Part shown: positions 16,604-26,036 of the stretch, piece by piece
How positions within the stretch are numbered: the stretch's first letter is position 1
Layout of the letters: every line of letters begins with the position of its first letter
NCBI GenBank assembly: GCA_963768175.1
Contig: CAVYGQ010000001.1
Location: 382,305-446,304, forward strand
Reading direction: 5' to 3'
Origin: Candidatus Doudnabacteria bacterium
GTDB lineage: Bacteria; Patescibacteriota; Doudnabacteria; UBA920
Length of the DNA stretch: 64,000 bases
The notes under the pieces: generated by a model
The model's input: only the letters and a program-made list of their open reading frames with translations
The model's database searches: none
What the model was told of the DNA's origin: nothing
Program-made: the position numbers and the translations under genes

Positions 16604-16891
16604 TTATTTCTTACCCAAAAAACGTACCAAATCTATAATACCGCCAACCAAGGTAATAAAAATTATAAAGGCAGCAATATAAAGTAAAGCTAAAATCCAA
16701 TATCCCCCCTGCCCACTTCCCACATATGAATTCCCGGCATTAATTACTGGATGGAAAATTGACCAAATATATTCCCATAATAATCTTAGGACTGATATCG
16801 CAATCAATATTCCCCAAAATATTAAGCTGAGCTTAAAACCCAACTTTGTATATTTTAATCGTATTTGTGTGGGTGGTACAATCGGTTCCAT
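16604..16891 (-). CDS. hypothetical small membrane protein (2 predicted TM helices)
   Basis: 95 aa, hydrophobic, between nusG and rplK. It is not SecE-like. Confidence 0.45.
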   Translation of the reverse strand: MEPIVPPTQIRLKYTKLGFKLSLIFWGILIAISVLRLLWEYIWSIFHPVINAGNSYVGSGQGGYWILALLYIAAFIIFITLVGGIIDLVRFLGKK

Positions 16892-16901
16892 ATTTTTTAA
16901 A

Positions 16902-17447
16902 TTAAATTTTTTTCACCTGCAAAAAGTCCAATTCCACCGGGGTTTCGCGGCCGAAGATGGTCACCATAACTTTAACTTTGCCATGGGCTTCGTCTAGGCT
17001 GCCGACTTTGCCTTCGTATTCTTTAAACGGGCCGTCCTGGATTTTAACCAAATCGCCAACGGCAAATTCCACCTTGTATTTAGGTTCGTCCGCACCCATG
17101 CGCTTTTTCAGGTAAGCCAATTCTTCTTCGCCTATCGGCGTAGGAATGGTGCCGCTGCCCACGAATCCGGTAACATTAGGCGTGTTGCGGACCACATACC
17201 AAGAATCATCGGTAACTATCATGTCTATTAAAACATAGCCGGGGAAAATCTTTTCTTCCACCGTAGTCCGTTTGCCGTCTTTAATCTTGATTTTCTTTTC
17301 CTTGGGCACCAAAGCCTCAAAAATTTTATCCTGCATGCCCATGCTTTCAATGCGCTGCTTTAAGTTAAAAGCCACGCTGTCTTCATAGCCGCTGTAGGTA
17401 TGGAGTACATACCAATGCCTTTCGCCGGTAACTTGCTGCCTAGCCAT
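16902..17447 (-). CDS. nusG: transcription termination/antitermination factor NusG
   Basis: NGN domain (WYVLHTYSGYEDSV) and a C-terminal KOW motif (GDLVKIQDGPFKEYEGKV). Confidence 0.9.
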   Translation of the reverse strand: MARQQVTGERHWYVLHTYSGYEDSVAFNLKQRIESMGMQDKIFEALVPKEKKIKIKDGKRTTVEEKIFPGYVLIDMIVTDDSWYVVRNTPNVTGFVGSGTIPTPIGEEELAYLKKRMGADEPKYKVEFAVGDLVKIQDGPFKEYEGKVGSLDEAHGKVKVMVTIFGRETPVELDFLQVKKI

Positions 17448-17508
17448 AAAAGTATGTTTAGTGTCCGCCAGAGGCGAATCCGCCTTTGGCGGAAATAGTG
17501 CTTAATGC

Positions 17509-18054
17509 TTAGCGCTTAATAAAAAATAAAACAGATATTAATAAGACTAGCTCCACATAAAAGGTCCAACTGGTAACGTAAACTTTAAGAAAATTAAACC
17601 AATATTCAAAAAAACTTTTGCCCGCGATTTTTTCCTCAACTCCGCGGTTTTTAAACGCCCAAATTTCTTTGTTAAACGGCCATAACCACATTATCCCGTA
17701 CAAGTCTATACTGTCCAGCAAAAAATGGCTCCAGCTCCCCAACCACACAATCAGCCCAAACATTTTATAGTACGGGCTCTGCGCAAAAAAATAAACCAGC
17801 AGCCCGGCAACCAGCCACAAAACAGGCAAATGGCTGTAAAATCTCCTGTGGATAGTGCTATCCGTACCTGGCTTGTACCACCAGGCCCGGACTTTGGCAA
17901 AAGCGACAAAATTATCCAAATCCGGCGCAAAGCCGAAGAATGCCCCCCACCAAAGCAATTGGGTTTGCTGCGGCTGGGTTAACCCCGTATGGGTAAAATA
18001 TAAAAGAGCTTTGGCCGTTAAAAAACCAGCGGCAATATGGCCCGGTGGTAACAT
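17509..18054 (-). CDS. membrane-bound metal-dependent hydrolase (YdjM/DUF457-like), hypothetical
   Basis: MLPPGHIAAGFL start, multiple TM helices and His-rich positions. The ORF-track N-terminal extension (Cys/His/Phe-rich) is probably not translated. Confidence 0.45.
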   Translation of the reverse strand: MLPPGHIAAGFLTAKALLYFTHTGLTQPQQTQLLWWGAFFGFAPDLDNFVAFAKVRAWWYKPGTDSTIHRRFYSHLPVLWLVAGLLVYFFAQSPYYKMFGLIVWLGSWSHFLLDSIDLYGIMWLWPFNKEIWAFKNRGVEEKIAGKSFFEYWFNFLKVYVTSWTFYVELVLLISVLFFIKR

Positions 18055-18057
18055 AAT

Positions 18058-18300
18058 GAAATGACAAAAATTAAAAAAATAATAAAAATGACAAAAGTGA
18101 CAAAAACGGCATTTATGCCGTCCCGAATGGAATGAGGGATCCCCCAACTTCGTTTCGGGACGATATCTATAATAATATTAAAAATAAGGTTTATCGTTTT
18201 TGTTCATTTCCGTCCGCCTCGGCTCGCGCTCGCCTCGATTCGACAATCAAGTCGAAGCGGGCCGAGCGAGACGGGTCGTTTTTGTCATTTCTGTCATTAG
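18058..18300. repeat. composite family A + family B element plus an extra GC hairpin
   Basis: atgacaaaaattaaaaaaataataaaaatgacaaaagtgacaaaaac, then ggcatttatgcc-gtcccgaatggaatgagggatccc (the B core), then a long imperfect hairpin cggctcgcgctcgcctcgattcgac...gtcgaagcgggccgagcgag, and finally ttttgtcatttctgtcatt. Confidence 0.7.
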
Positions 18301-18302
18301 CG

Positions 18303-18479
18303 CTATCTGTTAATAATAGCTTGGAAAATTATAAACAACAGATAGTCAAAAGCCCCTAAAACCGCCGCAATTACAATACTGAAAATAATTACTGTCAGGG
18401 TATACTTAAGGGTATCGTTGCGGGTTGGCCAAACAACCTTGGCTAATTCGTTTTTTACTTCTATAAGGAATTGGAACAT
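18303..18479 (-). CDS. secE: preprotein translocase subunit SecE (58 aa; not in the ORF track)
   Basis: Translating the minus strand gives MFQFLIEVKNELAKVVWPTRNDTLKYTLTVIIFSIVIAAVLGAFDYLLFIIFQAIINR. This has the SecE signature (VxWP(T/S)R, single TM) in the expected position upstream of nusG. Confidence 0.8.
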   Translation of the reverse strand: MFQFLIEVKNELAKVVWPTRNDTLKYTLTVIIFSIVIAAVLGAFDYLLFIIFQAIINR

Positions 18480-18696
18480 GTGCCTGCAGAACTACAGATT
18501 AATACAAATCTACAGATGCCTACAGAAATCAAACACTACCGCCTTCTGTAGGCATCCGTAGTGTGTTTTTTCTGCAATTTTCTGTAGTCGTTTTTAAAAG
18601 GCCCTTGCGGCCTTTATGGAAATATGATACTAAAACGGCTGGTATTTGTCAAATAGCAACAAATGCCACAATCCCCCGCCGCCCTGGCCAAACATA

Positions 18697-19101
18697 CTAT
18701 TTAGATACCGGCATCCCGTTTAATAAAGCGGCAACTTTTTTAAAGACATCTTCCACGTTGGTGTTGGCTTTTACAAAATATTCGTCTATCTTTAAAGCTT
18801 GGGCCCGCAAAATGTCTTTATTGCTCCAGAGGTTGCTTAAAACTACAACTTTGGTTTCGGCAATAGTTTTGTCCGGGTATCTCCTGATTCTCTCTAAAAC
18901 CTGAAAACCGTCCAACTTTGGCAAAAGCAGATCCAATAAAACCAAGTCGGGCTTTTGGTCCAAAAGAAGCTCGACAGCCTGCTCCCCGTCTTCGGCCTGG
19001 ATAATTTGGTAGTTTAAATGATTTAGGCCGTCAACCAAAACATTCCGCAAGTCGCTATCGTCTTCCACCACTAATAAAATTTTTTTAAGTTTGTTTTCCA
19101 T
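18697..19101 (-). CDS. single-domain response regulator (receiver), third paralog
   Basis: KILLVVEDDSDLRN and VLLDLLLPKLDG. Confidence 0.85.
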   Translation of the reverse strand: MENKLKKILLVVEDDSDLRNVLVDGLNHLNYQIIQAEDGEQAVELLLDQKPDLVLLDLLLPKLDGFQVLERIRRYPDKTIAETKVVVLSNLWSNKDILRAQALKIDEYFVKANTNVEDVFKKVAALLNGMPVSK

Positions 19102-19160
19102 ATATATTATTAAGAGGTTTTTAATGAATTAATTATAGCATATTACAATAAAAAATCCAA

Positions 19161-20090
19161 CTAATGGAGGATAATTGTCGAATTAAGCACGCCATCACGG
19201 CCGATTACGGCTTTTGACCTCGCCAAAACCGTCAAATCTTTATTAATCCCCGCTTTGCTGACTATAAGCAAATACCTGCCTTTGTTGGCCCTGAGCAGGA
19301 ACTGCCCGCTCTCTTTAACAACAGCCTTGCCAAAACTGATTTCCGGAAATTTGGCATCGCGCAATTCCAAGAATAAATATTCCCCCGGAGCCAAAACAAC
19401 TTTGGTTTTAATCCTGCCCCAAAGCCTACAGTCGGGCAAAGATAGGGAAACCACAAGCAACAGCAAATAGATTCCGGCAACAGCATAAAGAGATAACGGG
19501 ATTTTGGGGAAAGTGGCACAAATAAAAATCCCGTCCAAAATAAAACCAAACCAAAAAATTACTGAAACCAATATTTTAAAAAAATGTTTCAGATACGGAT
19601 ACTTTTTTACAACGGACTGCTTGGCTTTTTGGTTCCAATCCGCGGCTGCCGGATCCATGGGGATATTCGGTGCCACAACTTCGTAATCTTGGTGAAGCGA
19701 AAAAAACTCCCCATGATATAAATTTTCATAAATCCCGTCGGTGTCCCCCGGGGCATACCTGGAAGGAAACAAATAGTTGGTTTTGCGGACATAAATTTTA
19801 AATTTTCCCGGGCGCGCCAAAAAACCGTAGCGGCCGGCAATGTCGGTAACGCAAGTCTCCGCCTCCCTGCCGTCAACATACAGCAGCTTAACAATTACCG
19901 GGTCCAGCGGCTGTTTGCTCACACTATCATAAACAATGCCCCAAAACTGTTTAGTTTGTTTAAGGCTGAAAAAATTTAGGACTGAATTTAGCAGCCTTAA
20001 AATTGTGAACCAAAAAATGGACAAACTGCGCCGCACGCGGTACTGTTTAATTTGATTATCCTTTTGATTTTGTAAGTTTGTTTCGGGCAT
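19161..20090 (-). CDS. hypothetical membrane protein with a carboxypeptidase-regulatory/transthyretin-like beta-sandwich segment
   Basis: Start chosen at MPETNLQ (20090) directly after two tandem 16-bp repeats. Contains GIVYDSVSKQPLDPVIVKLLYVDGREAETCVTDIAGRYGF, a CarboxypepD_reg-like motif, plus TM helices. Confidence 0.45.
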   Translation of the reverse strand: MPETNLQNQKDNQIKQYRVRRSLSIFWFTILRLLNSVLNFFSLKQTKQFWGIVYDSVSKQPLDPVIVKLLYVDGREAETCVTDIAGRYGFLARPGKFKIYVRKTNYLFPSRYAPGDTDGIYENLYHGEFFSLHQDYEVVAPNIPMDPAAADWNQKAKQSVVKKYPYLKHFFKILVSVIFWFGFILDGIFICATFPKIPLSLYAVAGIYLLLLVVSLSLPDCRLWGRIKTKVVLAPGEYLFLELRDAKFPEISFGKAVVKESGQFLLRANKGRYLLIVSKAGINKDLTVLARSKAVIGRDGVLNSTIILH

Positions 20091-20094
20091 GATC

Positions 20095-20127
20095 GGAAGG
20101 TCGGATAAATTGGAAGGTCGGATAAAT
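20095..20127. repeat. tandem direct repeat 2 x GGAAGGTCGGATAAAT abutting the start codon of the 19161-20090 gene
   Basis: Unit 1 at 20095-20110 and unit 2 at 20112-20127. Confidence 0.7.
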
Positions 20128-20188
20128 CGGAATTTCCGATTTTCTGATTTTCCGAACTCTCCGAAAAACACTAAAACATTTTAAAATC

Positions 20189-21022
20189 TTACCTAACTTT
20201 CTGTTTTGCTACTTTTAACACATTAACCAACAGCTCCGCCACCGTTACCGGCCCCACTCCGCCGGGCACCGGAGAAATAAAACCTGCCACATCTTTTACC
20301 GACTCCGGATCAACATCACCGACAATGCCCCCCTGGCTTTCCGAAGTCCCGGCGTCAATAATTATTGAATCCGGTTTTATTTTTTGACCGGTTATTAATT
20401 TAGCCTTGCCCGCGGCGGAAACAATTACGTCTGCCGCCGCCATCAACTCGGATGTGTTTTCACTATATTTATCGGCTGTAGTGACAGCCAGACCCCGTTG
20501 TTGGAGCAAAAAAGCAACCGGCCGCCCCACAAGCTCGCCCCGGCCCACCACCAAAAATTTTTTCTCCCTTAAACTTATTTCCAAACTGTCCAAAATGGCC
20601 ATCACCGCTTTAGCTGTAGGAAACTCCAAAAAAGCCTTACCTTGATAAAATGAATCGGTATTTGTTTTCCCGGTGCAATCGACGTCTATTTTCGGATCTA
20701 TAGAATCTAAAATTGCCTGCTTGTTGAACCCCTCGGGTAAAGGTAACTGGACAATCATGCCACACATATCCGGTTCTCGGCTAATTTTCTTTATTTCGGC
20801 AATAAGAGCGCCCGTGGAGATGCTTCCCGAAAAATTGGCGCGGCGAAATTTAAAACCCAGCTTTTCTGCAGCTTTGGCCTTCATCCCCACATACTGCCTG
20901 GATGCGGAATCCTCCCCCACCAACACGTCGCAAAATACGGGCTGAAAGGGAAGTTTTGCAACTTCGGTTTTTACCTCGTTTAAAATCCTTCTGGCGATTT
21001 TTCTGCCGTCTATAATTTGCAT
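20189..21022 (-). CDS. folD: bifunctional methylenetetrahydrofolate dehydrogenase/cyclohydrolase
   Basis: MQIIDGRKIA start, lysine motif YVGMKAKAAEKLG, and NAD(P)-binding LVVGRGELVGRP. Confidence 0.9.
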   Translation of the reverse strand: MQIIDGRKIARRILNEVKTEVAKLPFQPVFCDVLVGEDSASRQYVGMKAKAAEKLGFKFRRANFSGSISTGALIAEIKKISREPDMCGMIVQLPLPEGFNKQAILDSIDPKIDVDCTGKTNTDSFYQGKAFLEFPTAKAVMAILDSLEISLREKKFLVVGRGELVGRPVAFLLQQRGLAVTTADKYSENTSELMAAADVIVSAAGKAKLITGQKIKPDSIIIDAGTSESQGGIVGDVDPESVKDVAGFISPVPGGVGPVTVAELLVNVLKVAKQKVR

Positions 21023-21247
21023 TAAAAAATATTACCTTTTTACTATATCAAAAAATAAGACTTTAGACAAAAAAAGGGAACGGATCTCGTCCCTCTTTGA
21101 CCGTCACCACTTATAAAACATTTTTTTTGAAACCATGCCAGCTACGGCCAAAAGGGCACTTCCGGCCCCGGCAAAATATATTTAACCTTCTTCGCTACTA
21201 CTAATTAGTTATCAACACCCCCCCCCACGAGCCACTATTTATAAATT

Positions 21248-23201
21248 TTATTTTTTATACCTATTAGTTGCCCACCACAAAAGGACATCCTTGACTACGG
21301 GTTCGGCCACGGCATTACCTTCGCCGCCGGCTTCCACCAAAACAGTGACGACAATCTGGGGATGTTCATACGGCGCGTACGCGGTAAACCATGCGTGGGT
21401 GCGGCTTGGGTCGGAGCCGTCGAACTGGGAAGTTCCGGTCTTGCCGGCCGAGGTAATCGGCAAACTTTCTAAAGGCTTGGCCGTACCGGCGGTGACGGTC
21501 TGCCTCATGCCTTCCTGGACAATTTTAAAAACGTCCGGAGAAGCGATATTGGACACCAAAACTTTCGGCTGGTTTTGCCAAACCACCCGGCCATTTTGGT
21601 CAACGGCTTTTTGGGCGACTTGGGGCACGAAACCTGTACCTCCATTAGCGACTATGGCCGTCCATTCGGCCACCTGCAGCGGTGTTACCAAAACAAAGCC
21701 CTGGCCTATGCCCATATGGTATGTGTCGCCCAAATACCATTTGCCCAAAAGCGGGTCGTTATTGTAATAATTCATTTTCCAATCCGGATCCGGCACCAAA
21801 CCCGGCTGTTCTCCGGGAATATCTATTCCCAAAACCTTGCCTAAGCCGAATTTCCTAAAATATTCCGCCAGCTTATTTGCACCCAACCCCGCTAAAGAAC
21901 CGTTGGGCGAGCCGCCGGCAACCTCGTAAAAAAATATGTCGGAACTCAAGGCAATGGCGTTGCGCACAGTCATCGCCCCGAGCCCGCCCGGCTTCCAGCC
22001 GTGGAAATCATATTTTTGGGAAGGGTCAAACTGGTTGGGTACAACCAAATCTCCATTATCGACTATTTTTGTATTTTCGTTGATAACGCCTTCTTGTAGG
22101 CCGGCCGTGGCCGTCATGACTTTGGATGTTGAACCGGGAGGATACTGGCCTGCTATGACCCTGTCAAACATCGGCAGGTTTGGATCTTGTAAAAGTTTTT
22201 GGTAATCCTGCTGGCTTAAGCCTGCGGCAAAAAGATTGTTGTCAAACCCGGGCAAACTAACTAAAGCCAAAACGGCGCCGCTGCGCGGGTCTAAAGCAAT
22301 GGCGGCCGCTTTTGGCGATTTAATGGTGGATAAATCTTGGTACAAACGATCCTGCAGTCCCTTATCCAAATTTAACACCAGTTTGTCGCCGGGGGTAGGG
22401 CTGTTTTCCCCAAGGTCGCTTAAGAATTTTCCGGTGGCGTCTACCTCTATAATGTCGGCGCCGTTATTGCCGTGCAAATATTTTTCATAGGAGGCTTCTA
22501 CGCCGGTTTTGCCGATAAAATCAACCGTGGCGTACAAGTCCTTATCTTGCCGATCTAAATCCCCCGGCGAAACAAGGCCGGTAAAACCTAAAACGCTGGC
22601 AAAAGCATTGGGATCCAAGTATTGCCTAACTGGAATCTGCTGGGCCTCAAAACCCGGGAACTGGCTGTTTTGGGTTTGAAACAAAATGCTTTGCTCCTCT
22701 GTCAACCCCTGCTTGATTTCAACAGGATCGACCGAATTTTTATCTATGGCCTGAAGTTTTTTGCTTACATCCCCGGCGTCCAAAGAAAAAGTTTGCGCGA
22801 AGTTCGTTATTTCTTTTTGCAGATCGGACTGATTTTTTGGCAAATCAAATGGTATGGCCACAAGATTAAAACTCGCGACATTTTGCGCCAAAACTTGGCC
22901 GGAATTGTCAACAATCAAGCCCCGGGTGCGCCAACAGTACCCGGCTTCTTATTTGGTTATTGTTGGCCAACAAACGAAAATTCGCCCCTTGGATAATCTG
23001 CAAGTAAAATATTCTGCCCCCAAGTAGCAAAAACGCGCCAAACAAAACCAGCCAGAGCCACTTTGTTTTTGGGGCGCTGCGCTCCGCGTCATGGATATCG
23101 TCCACCGGGCTCTGCGCATCCACGGCCGACTCCTCCCACTCAAGGGGTTTTTGGTTGTTGCCGGCATTTAAGCTGGTATATATTTCAAAAGGATTTTTCA
23201 T
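21248..23201 (-). pseudogene. mrdA: penicillin-binding protein 2 (transpeptidase), interrupted by a 1-nt frameshift
   Basis: The N-terminal TM and dimerisation part (22908-23201, ending NNNQIRSRVLLAHPG) and the transpeptidase body (21248-22918, with TRGLIVDNSGQVLA, SxxK PGSTSK and KTGT) are in different frames. The switch maps to the CCCCGGG run at 22920-22926. It could equally be a sequencing error. Confidence 0.6.
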
Positions 23202-23277
23202 AAGACCATTTGCGGAATAACATTTTGGCTAATCCCCCCCAGAAAAACGTCTTTTAGGGATATCCGTAAATCCTAAA

Positions 23278-23814
23278 TTATCTCACCACTCCCCTGCGGC
23301 GGATATCCATATTGTCCACAAAATTCCTTAAAAAAGTAAAAAATAAATACACGGGGTACAACAGCAGCCAATTGTAAAAAAAATTTACCAAAAACTGCGA
23401 AATAAAAATTTTTATTCCGGTGTATTGGACGGTCCAGCTTAACTTAAAAGCCATTAACCCATAAACCCAAATAATAAGGCTGAAAAAAGCCAAAGCCACC
23501 AGCAAAACCGCGCTTAAAGTTTTCCAGTTAAGCTCCGCCAATAATACGTTGGTCACGAACAAATGAGCGCACAGGGACACGACCAAAAAAGCCAAAGTAA
23601 AACCGCCAAAAAAACTCCCGGAATAAAAATCCAAAAACAGGCCCGAAATTAAGGCGATGAAAAAAAAGTCGTAATCTTTTTTTTCCAAAGCGAAAAACAG
23701 AGTTAACAAAAACAGTAAATTGGGAATCTGGCTTTGAATTTGCAGATTGTTAAATAAACCCAAATTCACTCCCAGTAAAATTATTATGGCGATGAGGTAA
23801 ATGAGATACTTCAT
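23278..23814 (-). CDS. mreD: rod shape-determining protein MreD
   Basis: 178 aa polytopic membrane protein in the conserved position between mreC and mrdA. Confidence 0.6.
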   Translation of the reverse strand: MKYLIYLIAIIILLGVNLGLFNNLQIQSQIPNLLFLLTLFFALEKKDYDFFFIALISGLFLDFYSGSFFGGFTLAFLVVSLCAHLFVTNVLLAELNWKTLSAVLLVALAFFSLIIWVYGLMAFKLSWTVQYTGIKIFISQFLVNFFYNWLLLYPVYLFFTFLRNFVDNMDIRRRGVVR

Positions 23815-23817
23815 ACA

Positions 23818-23912
23818 TTCAATGACAAAAATTAAAAAAATGACAAAATTGACAAAAATATACTGCAGCTAATTTTTGCTCATTTCCTTCGTTTTCGTCA
23901 TTTTTGTTCATT
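23818..23912. repeat. family A intergenic palindromic element (about 95% identical to the 24721-24815 copy)
   Basis: aatgacaaaaattaaaaaaatgacaaaattgacaaaaatatactgcagctaatttttgctcatttccttcgttttcgtcatttttgttcattt. Confidence 0.8.
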
Positions 23913-23915
23913 TGG

Positions 23916-24716
23916 TTACTGTTTAACCACGAACACAAACTGCAAGTTGTCAAAATCTATGGGGCTAAGCAGGGCGGCCCTTTTAAACAGGTCGTTATCC
24001 GATGACAAAATATCGCTGACCTGACCGATTAAAATATTTTTGGGAATTTTTGCGTTTATGCCCGCGGTAACCACCAGCCAGCCCTTTTGCAAATCGGAGG
24101 TTTGCTGGACCTGGTCTAAAATCAACCCGGAACCAAAAGAGCCTTTAACCAAGGCCGTGGCGTTGGTTTGACTGACACGGGCGTCGGTAGAAAAGTTGGA
24201 ATCGGTGATGAGTAGCACGGTGCAGGATGAAGGTCCGGCGTAAATAATTTTTCCCACCAAATAGCCCTGGGAAATAACCGCCTGGCCCTCGTTTACGCCG
24301 TCACGGCTTCCGCAATTCAAAATCAAGGCATTGGTTTGGCCGAAAGGATTTTCTGACAACACCGTGCAGGCCACTAAAGGCTGAGAAGTATTTTTTACAA
24401 ACCCCAATTCCGCCCGAAGCGCCTGATTTTCCAGGCTTTGCTGGTTTTTGTCCACCAACTGCTGCTCCAGCTGCACCACCTGGGCCCTAAGTTGTCCGTT
24501 CTCCTGGCTGATTTTATCCAATTGATAAATAGTGGAAAAAAAAGTCTTTACAGGATGAGTAACGCCGTTAACCAGTGCCACGACCGGCCGGGGAACCTCC
24601 AAAAAAGCTATTCTAATAGGGTCCAGCCAACCTTTAAACTGCAGGAACACCAAAAACGCGAGCGCCAAAACGCAAGCCCCAAAAATCACAAAAGCTTTAG
24701 TATAAATAAAACGCAT
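23916..24716 (-). CDS. mreC: rod shape-determining protein MreC
   Basis: N-terminal TM, coiled coil (QLRAQVVQLEQQLVDKNQ), beta-rich C-domain, downstream of mreB. Confidence 0.8.
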   Translation of the reverse strand: MRFIYTKAFVIFGACVLALAFLVFLQFKGWLDPIRIAFLEVPRPVVALVNGVTHPVKTFFSTIYQLDKISQENGQLRAQVVQLEQQLVDKNQQSLENQALRAELGFVKNTSQPLVACTVLSENPFGQTNALILNCGSRDGVNEGQAVISQGYLVGKIIYAGPSSCTVLLITDSNFSTDARVSQTNATALVKGSFGSGLILDQVQQTSDLQKGWLVVTAGINAKIPKNILIGQVSDILSSDNDLFKRAALLSPIDFDNLQFVFVVKQ

Positions 24717-24720
24717 AAGA

Positions 24721-24815
24721 CTAATGACAAAAATTAAAAAAATGACAAAATTGACAAAAATACACTGCAGCTAATTTTTACTCATTTCCGTCGTTTTTGT
24801 CATTTTTGCTCATTT
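24721..24815. repeat. family A intergenic palindromic element
   Basis: ctaatgacaaaaattaaaaaaatgacaaaattgacaaaaatacactgcagctaatttttactcatttccgtcgtttttgtcatttttgctcattt. Confidence 0.8.
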
Positions 24816-24819
24816 CTTC

Positions 24820-25887
24820 TTACCTCGGTATCTTCGCGAACTCCGTAGGGACCAGCACGTCTTTTAACACCTCCAAATCTTCCACTACCACCCCCGCCCC
24901 ACGCACCACGCAGGTTAGCGGGTCTTCGGCAATATTCACAGGCATGGCCGTAACTTCGCGCACCAATTTGTCCAAACCGCGCAGCAAAGAGCCGCCACCG
25001 GCCATAATTATGCCTTTGTCCAAAATATCGGAAATCAGCTCCGGCGGAACTTCCTCAATAACGGCCTTAATGCTGTTAACAATACTCCTTAAGCTGTGCA
25101 TTAAGGCTTCGCGCACCTGCGTGTCGGAAATAGTCACTTCTTTGGGCAGGCCCGAGACTAAATCACGCCCGCGCATTTGCGCGTAAAGCGGTTGGCCGAG
25201 AGGGTAAGCGCTGCCGATTTTTATTTTTACGTCTTCGGCGCTGCGCTCGCCCAAAAGCAGATTAAAATTCTCGCGCGCGTACTGGATAATATTTTCATCC
25301 ATTTCATCCCCGGCTATACGGATACTTTTGGAAAGGACAATGCCGCCCAAAGAAATAACGGCAATCTCCGTAGTGCCTCCGCCGATGTCCACAATCATGT
25401 TACCCGTGGCGTCCTGAACGTTAAGCCTGGCCCCAATGGCCGCGGCCATAGGCTCTTCTATTAAATAAGCGCGGGCCGCACCGGCGTTAATGGCCGCGTC
25501 CTGCACGGCCCTGCGCTCCACCTCGGTAACGCCGGAAGGGATACCAATGACCACGCGCGGGCGGCGCAAAAAACTGTAGGTTTGTGCGTGGACTTTGTCT
25601 ATAAAATACCGGAGCATGGCTTCGGTAACTTCAAAATCTGAAATCACGCCGTCCACTAAAGGCCTGGTGGCCACAATGTGCGGCGGTGTGCGGCCCACCA
25701 TCAGCCTGGCTTCGTTGCCGATGGCCAAAATCTGCTTTGTGCGCTGGTTTACGGCAACTACGGAAGGCTCATTAATAACAATCCCCTTGCCTTTCACGTA
25801 GACAAGAGTGTTCGCCGTACCTAAATCTATGCCGATGTCTTTGCTGAATTTTTTGTAAAAGTTGCCAAACATTGTATAAAGTTTCAA
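24820..25887 (-). CDS. mreB: rod shape-determining actin homolog MreB
   Basis: IGIDLGTANTLVYV phosphate-1 motif, DIGGGTTE phosphate-2, and adenosine motif GGGSLLRGL. Confidence 0.93.
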   Translation of the reverse strand: MKLYTMFGNFYKKFSKDIGIDLGTANTLVYVKGKGIVINEPSVVAVNQRTKQILAIGNEARLMVGRTPPHIVATRPLVDGVISDFEVTEAMLRYFIDKVHAQTYSFLRRPRVVIGIPSGVTEVERRAVQDAAINAGAARAYLIEEPMAAAIGARLNVQDATGNMIVDIGGGTTEIAVISLGGIVLSKSIRIAGDEMDENIIQYARENFNLLLGERSAEDVKIKIGSAYPLGQPLYAQMRGRDLVSGLPKEVTISDTQVREALMHSLRSIVNSIKAVIEEVPPELISDILDKGIIMAGGGSLLRGLDKLVREVTAMPVNIAEDPLTCVVRGAGVVVEDLEVLKDVLVPTEFAKIPR

Positions 25888-25907
25888 AATTTATATTATA
25901 TTATAGC

Positions 25908-25996
25908 GGCGTCATCCTGAACCCGAAGTAGCAGACGAGGGATGAAGGATCTCTTGATGAGATTCCTCGCTCGGATGCTACTGCTCAGAATGACGC
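25908..25996. repeat. family B MITE-like element with terminal inverted repeats GGCGTCATCCTGA / TCAGAATGACGCC
   Basis: About 89 bp that fold as a long imperfect hairpin; the internal core is gggatgaaggatctc...gagattcctcgctcggatgctactgctc. Confidence 0.75.
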
Positions 25997-26036
25997 CTGT
26001 GTTTTAGTATTTGATTTTTGATTTTTGCGTCTTGCC

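Noticed and set aside
18563-18904. 113-aa plus-strand ORF
   Set aside because: Antisense to the well-supported receiver-domain gene 18697-19101; spurious.
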